A stretch of DNA of 64,000 nucleotides, from contig JAYFRI010000077.1 in the NCBI GenBank assembly GCA_034926015.1, positions 27,730 through 91,729 of the forward strand. Direction: 5' to 3'. Each line of letters opens with the position of its first letter. Within the stretch, counting starts at the first letter, position 1. A program made the translations under genes and the position numbers. The notes beneath the pieces are model-generated. The model was not told the DNA's origin. It did not search any database and worked only from the letters and a program-made list of their open reading frames with translations. Origin of the DNA: Paludibacter sp. Lineage in GTDB: Bacteria > Bacteroidota > Bacteroidia > Bacteroidales > Paludibacteraceae. Positions 55,990 to 64,000 of the stretch are shown here, piece after piece.

Positions 55990-58476
55990 ATGACAAACAA
56001 AATCAGAATTTTCAGTTGGCTGCTACTCGCTTTTACGGGAGTTGCAGGCCTTTCGGCTCAGTCGCTTACGCTGAACGAAGAAGGATATTTCGAAAAACGG
56101 GGGCTCAATGTTATGGTTTTTCTGGACATTTATCCCGAAGGACATCAGGGAGGCGTAGGTGTTATTCAAAATGGCGTGCGCGTAGCCACCAATGGCGATT
56201 TACGCCTGGAACCCACTCCCGGGCAGTGGCAACCTATCCCCAAAGTAGGAAAGCGCAATGTCGATAAAGCGGCAAATGCTATCGCTGTAACTTGCATGTA
56301 TCCCGATTCCAATCTTCATCGAAAAGGATTCAATCCCATCGTTTATCCCGATCTGAATTTCACTTATCAGGTACGGGTCATCGCCGAAGGCAATCAGTTC
56401 CGTATTTTGGTGGATCTGGACAAAGAACTGCCTTCTGGTTGGGAGAAGAAAGTCGGATTTAACTTTGAACTCTTTCCCGCCATCCTGTTTGGTAAAAGCT
56501 GGTATCTCGATAAACAGTCGGGCATCTTCCCTACCCAAGCCAATGGACCGATGGAAACAGATACAGATGGACTTTGGCAGGCCTTCCCATTGGCTAAAGG
56601 GAAGAAACTAACGGTAGCACCTGAAGTTTCGGCTCAAACAATGGTGATAGAAAGCAAAGGCGAACCACTGCAATTACTGGATGGACGATTTTATCATAAC
56701 AATGGGTGGTTTGTTGTGCGCTCGCTCGTAACGCCCGGAAAAACAAAAGGTGCTGTGGAATGGGTAGTGAATTGCAATGTACTTCCCAACTTTCTTTCTA
56801 AACCTGTGGTGCATGTGAGTCAGATAGGTTATCATCCTAACCAGCAAAAAATTGCAGAAATAGAAGTAGACAAAAATACCACAACGGTAGATAAGGTGAG
56901 TCTTTACCGTGTATCTGAAAATGGAGGTCTGAAACAGATTCGTACAGCCACTCCTCAGAAATGGGGCAAATTCCTTCGGTTCAATTATTATCATTTCGAT
57001 TTTTCCGACATCACTACTCCGGGTGTTTACCAGATAAAGTATGCAGGCAACACTACCGAGCCATTCCGTATCGGCGCTGACATTTACGATCGACATGTAT
57101 GGCAACCGACTGTAGAATATTTCCTCCCTGTACAAATGTGCCACATGCGCATCAACGAAGGGTATCGTGTATGGCACGGACTCTGTCACATGGACGATGC
57201 CTTGATGGCTCCGGTGGATACAATACATTTCGATGGCTATGCGCAGGGGCCTTCTACCCTTACCAAATATAAACCACTCGAACAGGTTCCGGGATTAAAC
57301 ATTGGAGGCTGGCACGATGCAGGCGATTATGACTTAAGAGTGGAATCGCAGGCCGAAACAGTAGGCACTCTGTCACAGGCTTACGAATTGTTTCGTCCGC
57401 AATGGGATCAAACTTCCATCGATCAACATTCGAGGATAGTAGAAATTCATCGTCCCGATGGTAAAAACGATATCCTGCAACAGATTGAACACGGCGCATT
57501 GTCCATCGTGGCCGGATACCAAAACCTCGGGAGATTGTATCGTGGTATTATCGAGAATAATTTGCGTCAGTATGTACATTTGGGCGATGCTGCTACCATG
57601 ACCGATGGCCGCAAGTACAATCCTGCGCTTAAAAACGGCGCACTCAACGCAACAGAATCGGGCGTACTGGACGATAGATTGGTATTTACCGAAAATAATC
57701 CTATGCGTGAACTCACCACTGCCCGTTGTCTGGCTGCTTCATCGCGGGCATTGAAAGGCTTTAATGATACTTTGTCGGTTCAGTGTCTGAACATTGCCAG
57801 GGCTTTGTACAACAGTGTGGATAACAATGCTGCGCCTTGGATTGGCACTATGAAACTGGGAACAGCCGTAGAACTATTTCTGACTACCGGAGAACAAGCA
57901 TACCGACAGGATATACTGAAATATACAACTCCCGAAATATTGAAACGAAAAGAAGCAATCGCCAGTATTGGCCAGGCATTAAACAAAATAAATGATAACA
58001 AACTGACCGAAATGGTGACTGCTGCTGCCAGAGTGTATAAAACTGAACTGGATAAATTGCAAGCAGAGAATCCTTTTGGCGTGCCTTATCATCCATATAT
58101 CTGGGGCGATGGATGGAATATCCAGAGTTTTGCCGTGAATCAGTATTTTCTTTTAAAAGCTTTCCCCGAAATTTTCGATACCAAATGTATGCTCAATGCA
58201 CTTAACTTTGTTTTGGGTAATCATCCGGGCGAAAACACTTCGTCTTTCGTATCAGGCGTGGGGTCTCGCTCTGTTTTGCAGGCCTATGGAGTTAATCGTG
58301 CCGATCGTTCGTTTATTCCTGGTGGTTCGGTTTCGGGTACAGGCATTATTCGACCAGATTTTCCCGAGTTGAAAGAATGGCCTTACTTCTGGCAACAAAC
58401 CGAATATGTATTAGGAGGTGGCACAGCCGATTTTATCTTTATGGTGCTGGCTGCTCAGAAAGTTTTGAACAATTGA
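55990..58476 (+). CDS. secreted GH9-like (alpha/alpha)6-barrel glycoside hydrolase with an N-terminal Ig-like domain
   Basis: Signal peptide. VHVSQIGYHP (CelD_N-like). IGGWHDAGDYDLRVESQ resembles the GH9 GGWxDAGD catalytic motif. C-terminal QTEYVLGGG. Confidence 0.55.
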   Translation: MTNKIRIFSWLLLAFTGVAGLSAQSLTLNEEGYFEKRGLNVMVFLDIYPEGHQGGVGVIQNGVRVATNGDLRLEPTPGQWQPIPKVGKRNVDKAANAIAVTCMYPDSNLHRKGFNPIVYPDLNFTYQVRVIAEGNQFRILVDLDKELPSGWEKKVGFNFELFPAILFGKSWYLDKQSGIFPTQANGPMETDTDGLWQAFPLAKGKKLTVAPEVSAQTMVIESKGEPLQLLDGRFYHNNGWFVVRSLVTPGKTKGAVEWVVNCNVLPNFLSKPVVHVSQIGYHPNQQKIAEIEVDKNTTTVDKVSLYRVSENGGLKQIRTATPQKWGKFLRFNYYHFDFSDITTPGVYQIKYAGNTTEPFRIGADIYDRHVWQPTVEYFLPVQMCHMRINEGYRVWHGLCHMDDALMAPVDTIHFDGYAQGPSTLTKYKPLEQVPGLNIGGWHDAGDYDLRVESQAETVGTLSQAYELFRPQWDQTSIDQHSRIVEIHRPDGKNDILQQIEHGALSIVAGYQNLGRLYRGIIENNLRQYVHLGDAATMTDGRKYNPALKNGALNATESGVLDDRLVFTENNPMRELTTARCLAASSRALKGFNDTLSVQCLNIARALYNSVDNNAAPWIGTMKLGTAVELFLTTGEQAYRQDILKYTTPEILKRKEAIASIGQALNKINDNKLTEMVTAAARVYKTELDKLQAENPFGVPYHPYIWGDGWNIQSFAVNQYFLLKAFPEIFDTKCMLNALNFVLGNHPGENTSSFVSGVGSRSVLQAYGVNRADRSFIPGGSVSGTGIIRPDFPELKEWPYFWQQTEYVLGGGTADFIFMVLAAQKVLNN

Positions 58477-58483
58477 TAAGAAA

Positions 58484-58558
58484 TCAGCGGTAAGTTCCGA
58501 TGAAATGGTTGAATGATAGCGACATCATTATCAGCCCACTTTCGGCACTTACCGCTGA
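58484..58558 (+). other. 75-nt imperfect rod-like hairpin 8 nt after the GH9-like stop
   Basis: TCAGCGGTAAGT ... ACTTACCGCTGA outer stem. Inner AATGAT-agcgac-ATCATT. Confidence 0.55.
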
Positions 58559-58827
58559 ATAGCTGTTTTCAAAAATAAAATCCGAAAACAGAAAAAACTT
58601 CTGCCAACTATTCCGGAACATTTAGCCGGATGATAAAGATCGAAAAAGGAAAATAAAGTGTAAATTTGCCTGCCCTGAATTTACAGAAGTCGAACAAAGT
58701 AAAAATCTAATCCATCCGAAAGCATGAGACCCCATGACCTGGATTAAAAATAAGGACACACAAGGAGATAATTATAAAATAACAAAACTCAAAGTACCCG
58801 TATTATTCCCGTTCTTATTCCCATCTT

Positions 58828-58853
58828 GTTCCCCCTTTAGGGGGTTAGGGGGC
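58828..58853 (+). repeat. solo arm (second-arm type) of the GC-rich palindromic family upstream of the GH13 gene
   Basis: GTTCCCCCTTTAGGGGGTTAGGGGGC followed by TGGAG, as in the trpE|trpG and guaA|tatD copies. Confidence 0.8.
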
Positions 58854-58889
58854 TGGAGTTAAGGGGTAGATATAATAAATCAAAAACAG

Positions 58890-60794
58890 ATGAAACAAGC
58901 AATCAACCAAGTTCATACTCTGAAAAACAATAGCGGCAACACTATCCTTTCGCAAACCCTTCGCCTATGCCTGTGCCTCAGCCTTTGCCTGAGCCTCTCC
59001 TCTTTCACCAAATCTCCGGCCCTGGTGGAGCGGCTCGAACCAACTTCGTGGTGGGTAGGAATGCAACAAACAGAATTGCAATTAATGCTGTATGGAACAG
59101 GAATAGCTACTGCCGACATTACGATACAATATCCGGGAGTTACCCTGTTGCGCAAGCAACTCACCGACAATCCGAATTATGCTTTTTTGTACCTGAATAT
59201 AGCCGCAAATACACAGCCGGGAAAATTCAGTATTATCATTAAAAAAGGAAAAAAGAAGCAGACGCTCAGCTACGAACTAAAAGCCCGACGCTCAGGTTCG
59301 GCAGCCAGGGAAAGCTTTACCGAAGCCGATGCTGTGTACCTGTTGATGCCCGACCGCTTCGCCAATGGCAATACCGCCAACGACTCTGTGAAAGCTTACT
59401 TTCAGGGTGTGAACAGACTCGACCCCGGCAAGCGCCACGGAGGAGATATAGAAGGGATAATTTCTAAAGTGCCTTATATGGCCGATCTGGGCGTGACTGC
59501 GCTCTGGACGACACCTCTTTTCGACAACAACGATACAAATTATTCCTACCACCACTACGGTTGCAGCGATTACTACAAAATTGATCCGCGCCTGGGACAG
59601 AACGAGGACTACCTGCGTTTGTCAGATGCTTGCCATGCCAACGGACTCAAACTGATCATCGATGTGGTGCCCAATCATTGCAGTTCGGCACATTGGTGGC
59701 TGAAAGATCTACCGGCTAAAGACTGGTTCAATGTTTGGCCGGCGTATACATCTTCCAATTACCGCATGACAGCCTGGACCGATCCGCACGCTGCCAAAGC
59801 CGATCTGCACCGACTTACAAATGGTTGGTTTGCGCCCAATATGCCCGACTTTAACCTTAAGAACAACCTTGTTTACGATTATTTGCGCCAGGTATATGTG
59901 TATTGGATAGAATATGCCAATATCGACGGGATGCGCGTGGATACTTACCCTTACAACGACATTCGTGTGGCGGCCAACTTTATACAATCTATCCGCAACG
60001 AATATCCCCGCATGAATGTGGTGGGCGAATGTTGGGTGAAAACGCCCGCCGAAGTTGCTTATTTTCAATCGGGAAACAACAACAAAGATGGTTTCGATTC
60101 GAGGCTCACAAGTGTGATGGATTTTTGCCTGAAGGATGTATTGGCCAACTCCTTCAACGAAACGGATAGTTGGGATGGCGGTCTTTCCCGCTTTTATGCG
60201 CATTATGCGCAGGACTTTGTGTACCCCAACACCCATCTGATTATGAATTTTCTCGACAATCACGATATCGACCGCTACGCCACAGCCGTAAAACGCGATA
60301 AGTCTAAGTATAAAATGGGATTGGCCATGTTAATCACCGCCCGTGGTTATCCACAAATTTATTATGGTACCGAAATAATGCTGGATGGAATTCAGGGATC
60401 GTACGAAGGCCACAGGTTCGATTTTCCGGGAGGTTGGCCAGCCGACAGTCGGAATGCTTTTACAGCCGGAGGTCGTAGTGCTGAGGAAAACGAGATTTTC
60501 GATTATCTGAAACTCCTCCTCAACTACCGTAAAAACAATCCCGTATTGCAAAGCGGTAAAATGAAACAATTTATCCCTGAGGATGGTATTTACGTCACCT
60601 TCCGCTACAATGCTGACAAAACAATTATGGTGATTGCCAACAACAACGCCACCGACAAGGATGTGGATCTGAAAAGATTTGACGAAATGCTAACAGGTAA
60701 AACACAGGGAACTGATATTGTAACGCAAAAAACTTACCGGCTCGACCAACCCATCAACGTGGCCGGAAAGTCGGTGCTGATAGTTGAAGTTTAA
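58890..60794 (+). CDS. GH13 alpha-amylase-family enzyme (cyclomaltodextrinase/neopullulanase-like with N-terminal domain)
   Basis: LMPDRFANGN, GGDIEGII..L.YM.DLGVTALW, IIDVVPNHCS, GMRVDTYPY, VGECW and FLDNHD are GH13 regions I-IV. Confidence 0.9.
   Translation: MKQAINQVHTLKNNSGNTILSQTLRLCLCLSLCLSLSSFTKSPALVERLEPTSWWVGMQQTELQLMLYGTGIATADITIQYPGVTLLRKQLTDNPNYAFLYLNIAANTQPGKFSIIIKKGKKKQTLSYELKARRSGSAARESFTEADAVYLLMPDRFANGNTANDSVKAYFQGVNRLDPGKRHGGDIEGIISKVPYMADLGVTALWTTPLFDNNDTNYSYHHYGCSDYYKIDPRLGQNEDYLRLSDACHANGLKLIIDVVPNHCSSAHWWLKDLPAKDWFNVWPAYTSSNYRMTAWTDPHAAKADLHRLTNGWFAPNMPDFNLKNNLVYDYLRQVYVYWIEYANIDGMRVDTYPYNDIRVAANFIQSIRNEYPRMNVVGECWVKTPAEVAYFQSGNNNKDGFDSRLTSVMDFCLKDVLANSFNETDSWDGGLSRFYAHYAQDFVYPNTHLIMNFLDNHDIDRYATAVKRDKSKYKMGLAMLITARGYPQIYYGTEIMLDGIQGSYEGHRFDFPGGWPADSRNAFTAGGRSAEENEIFDYLKLLLNYRKNNPVLQSGKMKQFIPEDGIYVTFRYNADKTIMVIANNNATDKDVDLKRFDEMLTGKTQGTDIVTQKTYRLDQPINVAGKSVLIVEV
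58963..58997 (+). repeat. hexanucleotide tandem repeat (GCCTNN) x 6 inside the GH13 signal-peptide region
   Basis: GCCTAT GCCTGT GCCTCA GCCTTT GCCTGA GCCTC, encoding LCLCLSLCLSL. Confidence 0.8.
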
Positions 60795-60813
60795 GGGTTT
60801 CGCGTTCAGAAAT

Positions 60814-60863
60814 GAATTTGAGAATTTGAGGATTTGAAGAATTTAGGGGCATTTGAGAATTGA
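60814..60863. repeat. simple 8-9 bp repeats (G/A)AATTTGAG x ~5
   Basis: GAATTTGAGAATTTGAGGATTTGAAGAATTTAGGGGCATTTGAGAATTGA, preceded by GGGTTTCGCGTTCAG. Confidence 0.7.
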
Positions 60864-60913
60864 TAATGCAAATCAGGGGTTGAGAATAATTCTATTTTGC
60901 TTACAGTGATTTA

Positions 60914-60999
60914 TTTCCCGGAGGCTTCGGCGCGTGAGCGTTCGACTGAGACTTCGGCGTGAAACCTTTGGCGTGGCTCAGTCGAAGCCTACGGGGAAA
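60914..60999. other. 86-nt GC-rich structured element in the convergent intergenic region (candidate sRNA or MITE remnant)
   Basis: TTTCCCGGAGGCTTCG..CGACTGAG pairs with CTCAGTCGAAGCCTACGGGGAAA. Three direct CTT(C/T)GGCG(C)GTG units. Confidence 0.4.
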
Positions 61000-61186
61000 T
61001 TTACTGTACATCCTTTTCCGCCTCGTTGCCGCACGTTTTTTTTCTTTGGCAAACAAGTCTGATCAACCTTTTATTATTTTATATTCTTATTCCTACGCGG
61101 GAGCAGGTTTGCTTATTTTAGCCGAACAAGAACTTAATAAAATAAACACTTTTTCTTTTCATGGAATCCTGTTTTATCCTTTATAA

Positions 61187-64000
61187 TCATCCTTTTAATA
61201 TCTTCCTTTCCATAGTTCCTTCTTTCGTTAAGACACGAATAATGTATATTCCTTTTGGAAGATTGCTCACAGAAACATTTTCATTTGCCTGAACTTGTTT
61301 GTGAAGTAACGCTTTACCATTCAAATCGTAAATAGAAATGGTAATTGGCCCTTCAATACCATGTATTCGGAATGATCCTGTAACCGGATCCTGATAAATG
61401 TTGATTTTCTCATCCAATAATGAAGTTACAGCTGTTGGCATTTCAACAATGTTCTTGAAATCTTTCCATTCGTAGGCTGTCTGATAAGCTAATTTTGAAC
61501 CTATCGGAACATTAAGCACGCAATTACTTTTATTCACATTTTCGAAAACGCTGATCCAGCTATAAATCGAAATTGGAGTTGGAGAATAAATATAAACAGA
61601 ATTTAAACCTGAGCATGAAAACGAGGATGAGCCTAACGACCTGACAGATGCAGGTATCGAAATGCTGGGTAACGCGTTACAATTTTCAAATACCCCATCT
61701 TCAATGCTTTTCACCGAATTACCAATTGTAACATTTTTAAGGTTACTACAATTCTCAAATGCTCCGGTATTAATTACAGTCACAGAATTTGGAATTATAA
61801 TACTTGTTAATCCTGTGCAATAAGAAAAGAGATAATGACCGATATTGGTCAGCGAAGCAGGAAGTGTAATGTCAGTTAGTGCCGTGCAAGATTCAAAAAC
61901 TGCAGCTTCGGTTTTAGTAACTGAATTCGGTATTGTTATGCTACTAAGATTCGAACAATGTCCAAAAGTATGGTACTTAAGCGTAGTTACTAAATTTGGA
62001 ATAACAACACTTGTAAGTGAGCTACAATACTCAAACGCTGCATCGGAAATAGAAGTAACCGAATTGGGAATTGTGAGATTATTTAAGCTCGTACAATGTG
62101 AAAAAGCACCATATCCAATAGTATGAACTGAGTTAGGGATAGTTATACTTTTCATTCCGGTACAATAACTAAATGTTCCCGATGGAATTGAAGTTATTGA
62201 ATTTGGTATTATAAGGTTGTTCAAACTACTACAATAAGTAAATGCTTCACTGCCAATTGAAGTAACCGAATTAGGAATTGTGAGATTATTTAAGTTCGTA
62301 CACGAATTAAAAGCATTAGGTCCAATAGATTTAATGGTATTGGGAATCGTAATATTATTAAGCCCCGAACATTTATAAAAAACATATTCAGAAATCCCAA
62401 TTAATGAACTTCCTAAAATTACATTTTTTAATCCTGTACAATTACTAAAAGCACTAATTCCGACAGACTTAACTGAATTAGGGATAACAATTCCGGGCAA
62501 TCCTGTACATGCATAAAATGATCCGTATCCAATTGAGATAAGTTTATCGGGAAGTGTGATGTTTGTTAAGCCTTTGCAATTCTGAAAAGCATTATCACCA
62601 ATTGTGGTGAGTGAGGCCGGAAGGTCAATATTCGTTAATGCAGTACAGTTATTGAAAGCATCTTTTCCGATAATCTCTAATCCTGAAGGTAGTATAACCG
62701 GATATAAACTTGTACAATCGTTAAACATTCCGATCGCTATCATTTTAAGATCAGTAGGAAACGAAACGGAGGTGAGATTTTTACAGGCTGAAAATGCATA
62801 ACTACCAATATTGGTCAAAGTAGCAGGTATAGCTATATTTGTTAGTCCGGAATTTGTAAATGCATAATCACCTATGGTTGTAAGTGATGCCGGAAATTCA
62901 ATGGAGGTAAGTCCCATACAAACCTGAAATGCCTTTGAGCCGATTGTTTTTAATGATGGTGGTAAAGTGATAGTTTTAAGATTTAAACAATACCCGAAAG
63001 CATCTTCACCAATGGATGTAAGTGTTGGAGGAAAAATAATTGATTTCAAACCTGAGCAGCTCGAAAATGCAGATGCACCTATAATTGGATTAGCCGGATT
63101 AATTACCAAACTGGACAAACCATAGCAATTATTAAATGCACTTCCACCAATTGAATCAACAGATGCAGGAATTGTCAATACCCCTGTAAGTCCGGTACAT
63201 CCCTGAAATGCACTTGCGCCTATTTTCTTTAACTTCAACGGTAGTGTCAATTGTCCTTGAATGCCGGTACATCCATAAAATGCAGCATCTCCTATTGAAA
63301 TAAGCGAATCGGGCAAACTAATTAACGGTAATTTTACACAGTTAAGGAAAGCACGATCTTTTATTAAACTTAATTGCAATGGCCATTCAATTGAAGTTAA
63401 ATTGCCAGCATTATCGAATGCATGACTACCTATTGAAACTGTGGTCTCCGGTAAAATAACAGTTTTAATATAATATGAAAATGCTTCTCTGGGAATTTCA
63501 TTGTCGGAATAATTGGTATATAAACTACTTCTTGATGTTCCGTCGTTACCTTGATATGCAACAATATTTACAGCGCTCAGATCTAAGTTAGCCAATGCCG
63601 GCATATTATCCCGTATGGTTTTAAAATCGCGTGCATCCACTGTGCCCATTAACGCTATATCAGTGATAGTACTTAGTTCAGTAGAAGTCAAAATAGATGA
63701 AAGTTCGCCAGCTGTAACTTTTCGTGGAGCAGCGGCCTGCGTAATGTCCACCTTTTGTGAGTTGAATCCGGGTGAAGATATTATTATTGTTGCTTTTCGT
63801 ATTGTGTCTGAAAGATTGGCTTCAGCAGTCAAGGTAAGAACGCTGTCGTTGCTACTGATATCCGGACTTACAATCAACCATGGTTGGTCGGATTGAGCGA
63901 GCCATGCCACATTGGTTTTTATTTTCAATACAACACTTTTTGATTTCAAGGATGAGTTGAATTTCACTGTTCGCTGACCAACCAAAAATCCATGAGTATT
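61187..64000 (-). CDS. BspA-type leucine-rich-repeat surface protein with BACON-like N-region and T9SS C-terminal sorting domain (5' end outside the window)
   Basis: About 25 LRR units (IPNSVTSIGxxAFxxCxxLxxI). C-terminus GSFRIHG..ISIYDLNGKALL...LPKGIYIIRV is a Por/T9SS tail. The frame stays open to nt 64000. Confidence 0.85.
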   Translation of the reverse strand, partial: NTHGFLVGQRTVKFNSSLKSKSVVLKIKTNVAWLAQSDQPWLIVSPDISSNDSVLTLTAEANLSDTIRKATIIISSPGFNSQKVDITQAAAPRKVTAGELSSILTSTELSTITDIALMGTVDARDFKTIRDNMPALANLDLSAVNIVAYQGNDGTSRSSLYTNYSDNEIPREAFSYYIKTVILPETTVSIGSHAFDNAGNLTSIEWPLQLSLIKDRAFLNCVKLPLISLPDSLISIGDAAFYGCTGIQGQLTLPLKLKKIGASAFQGCTGLTGVLTIPASVDSIGGSAFNNCYGLSSLVINPANPIIGASAFSSCSGLKSIIFPPTLTSIGEDAFGYCLNLKTITLPPSLKTIGSKAFQVCMGLTSIEFPASLTTIGDYAFTNSGLTNIAIPATLTNIGSYAFSACKNLTSVSFPTDLKMIAIGMFNDCTSLYPVILPSGLEIIGKDAFNNCTALTNIDLPASLTTIGDNAFQNCKGLTNITLPDKLISIGYGSFYACTGLPGIVIPNSVKSVGISAFSNCTGLKNVILGSSLIGISEYVFYKCSGLNNITIPNTIKSIGPNAFNSCTNLNNLTIPNSVTSIGSEAFTYCSSLNNLIIPNSITSIPSGTFSYCTGMKSITIPNSVHTIGYGAFSHCTSLNNLTIPNSVTSISDAAFEYCSSLTSVVIPNLVTTLKYHTFGHCSNLSSITIPNSVTKTEAAVFESCTALTDITLPASLTNIGHYLFSYCTGLTSIIIPNSVTVINTGAFENCSNLKNVTIGNSVKSIEDGVFENCNALPSISIPASVRSLGSSSFSCSGLNSVYIYSPTPISIYSWISVFENVNKSNCVLNVPIGSKLAYQTAYEWKDFKNIVEMPTAVTSLLDEKINIYQDPVTGSFRIHGIEGPITISIYDLNGKALLHKQVQANENVSVSNLPKGIYIIRVLTKEGTMERKILKG
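61590..63420 (-). repeat. coding tandem LRR units (about 69-75 bp period)
   Basis: Reiterated ...CTxLTxITIPNSVTSIGxxAF... modules in frame. Confidence 0.8.

Noticed and set aside
60959-61186. A 75-aa GTG-initiated ORF in the GH13/LRR convergent spacer.
   Set aside because: It starts inside the GC-rich hairpin element. It has no promoter box or recognisable motif and an unusual composition. It is more likely non-coding.
61590-63420. The regular ~70-bp periodic repeats could mimic a CRISPR array or satellite.
   Set aside because: The periodicity lies entirely in frame within a long ORF encoding LRR modules. There are no unique spacers or a leader, and no cas genes in the window.

Overview
This is a Bacteroidota-type chromosomal window, judged from a SusC/SusD PUL, a T9SS C-terminal sorting domain and recurrent TAnnTTTG -7 promoter boxes.

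Gene order:
- infB 3' end, then rplT-rpmI-infC on the minus strand.
- rplY-pth-hslR-DUF4924-rfbA-rfbC-rfbD on the plus strand.
- A creD operon (-), thrS (-), a DUF2027/Smr gene (-) and queA (+).
- An AT-rich (judged by eye) accessory island of about 6.4 kb at 14.3-20.7 kb. It holds MITE-like elements, a lipoprotein, an XRE regulator, a 2-TM coiled-coil protein, a DUF2971 gene, a DUF4041/T5orf172 gene and an HU-like gene.
- guaA, tatD, tRNA-Ser(GGA), an exbB-exbD cluster, rimM, and GH28 plus DUF4861.
- A complete trpB-E-G-D-C-F-A operon (-).
- A def-like lipoprotein, DUF456, an alpha/beta-hydrolase, a membrane LytTR regulator, patatin and aspC.
- An alpha-glucan PUL: susC-susD and two susE/F paralogs on the minus strand; lacI, a four-helix-bundle cassette, MFS, GH65, a GH9-like gene and GH13 on the plus strand.
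- A 5'-truncated BspA-type LRR protein with a T9SS tail.

Most notable observations:
1. A family of GC-rich palindromic REPIN-like doublets (arm consensus GCCCCCTAAATCCCCC-NNN-GGGGGACTT) sits in the trp operon junctions. It donates start codons, stop codons and peptide tails to TrpB, TrpE and TrpG, and forms an in-frame 10-codon insert in queA.
2. A classical WWW leader peptide with terminator and antiterminator lies upstream of trpB.
3. The island carries a DUF2971 plus DUF4041/T5orf172 gene pair, which is a candidate phage-defence module.
4. There is a MITE nested inside another MITE.
5. A four-helix-bundle (23S-IVS-type) gene cassette is bracketed by inverted GGGTTCC-type simple repeats inside the PUL.

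Nothing was computed or searched. All calls rest on reading the sequence and recognising motifs.
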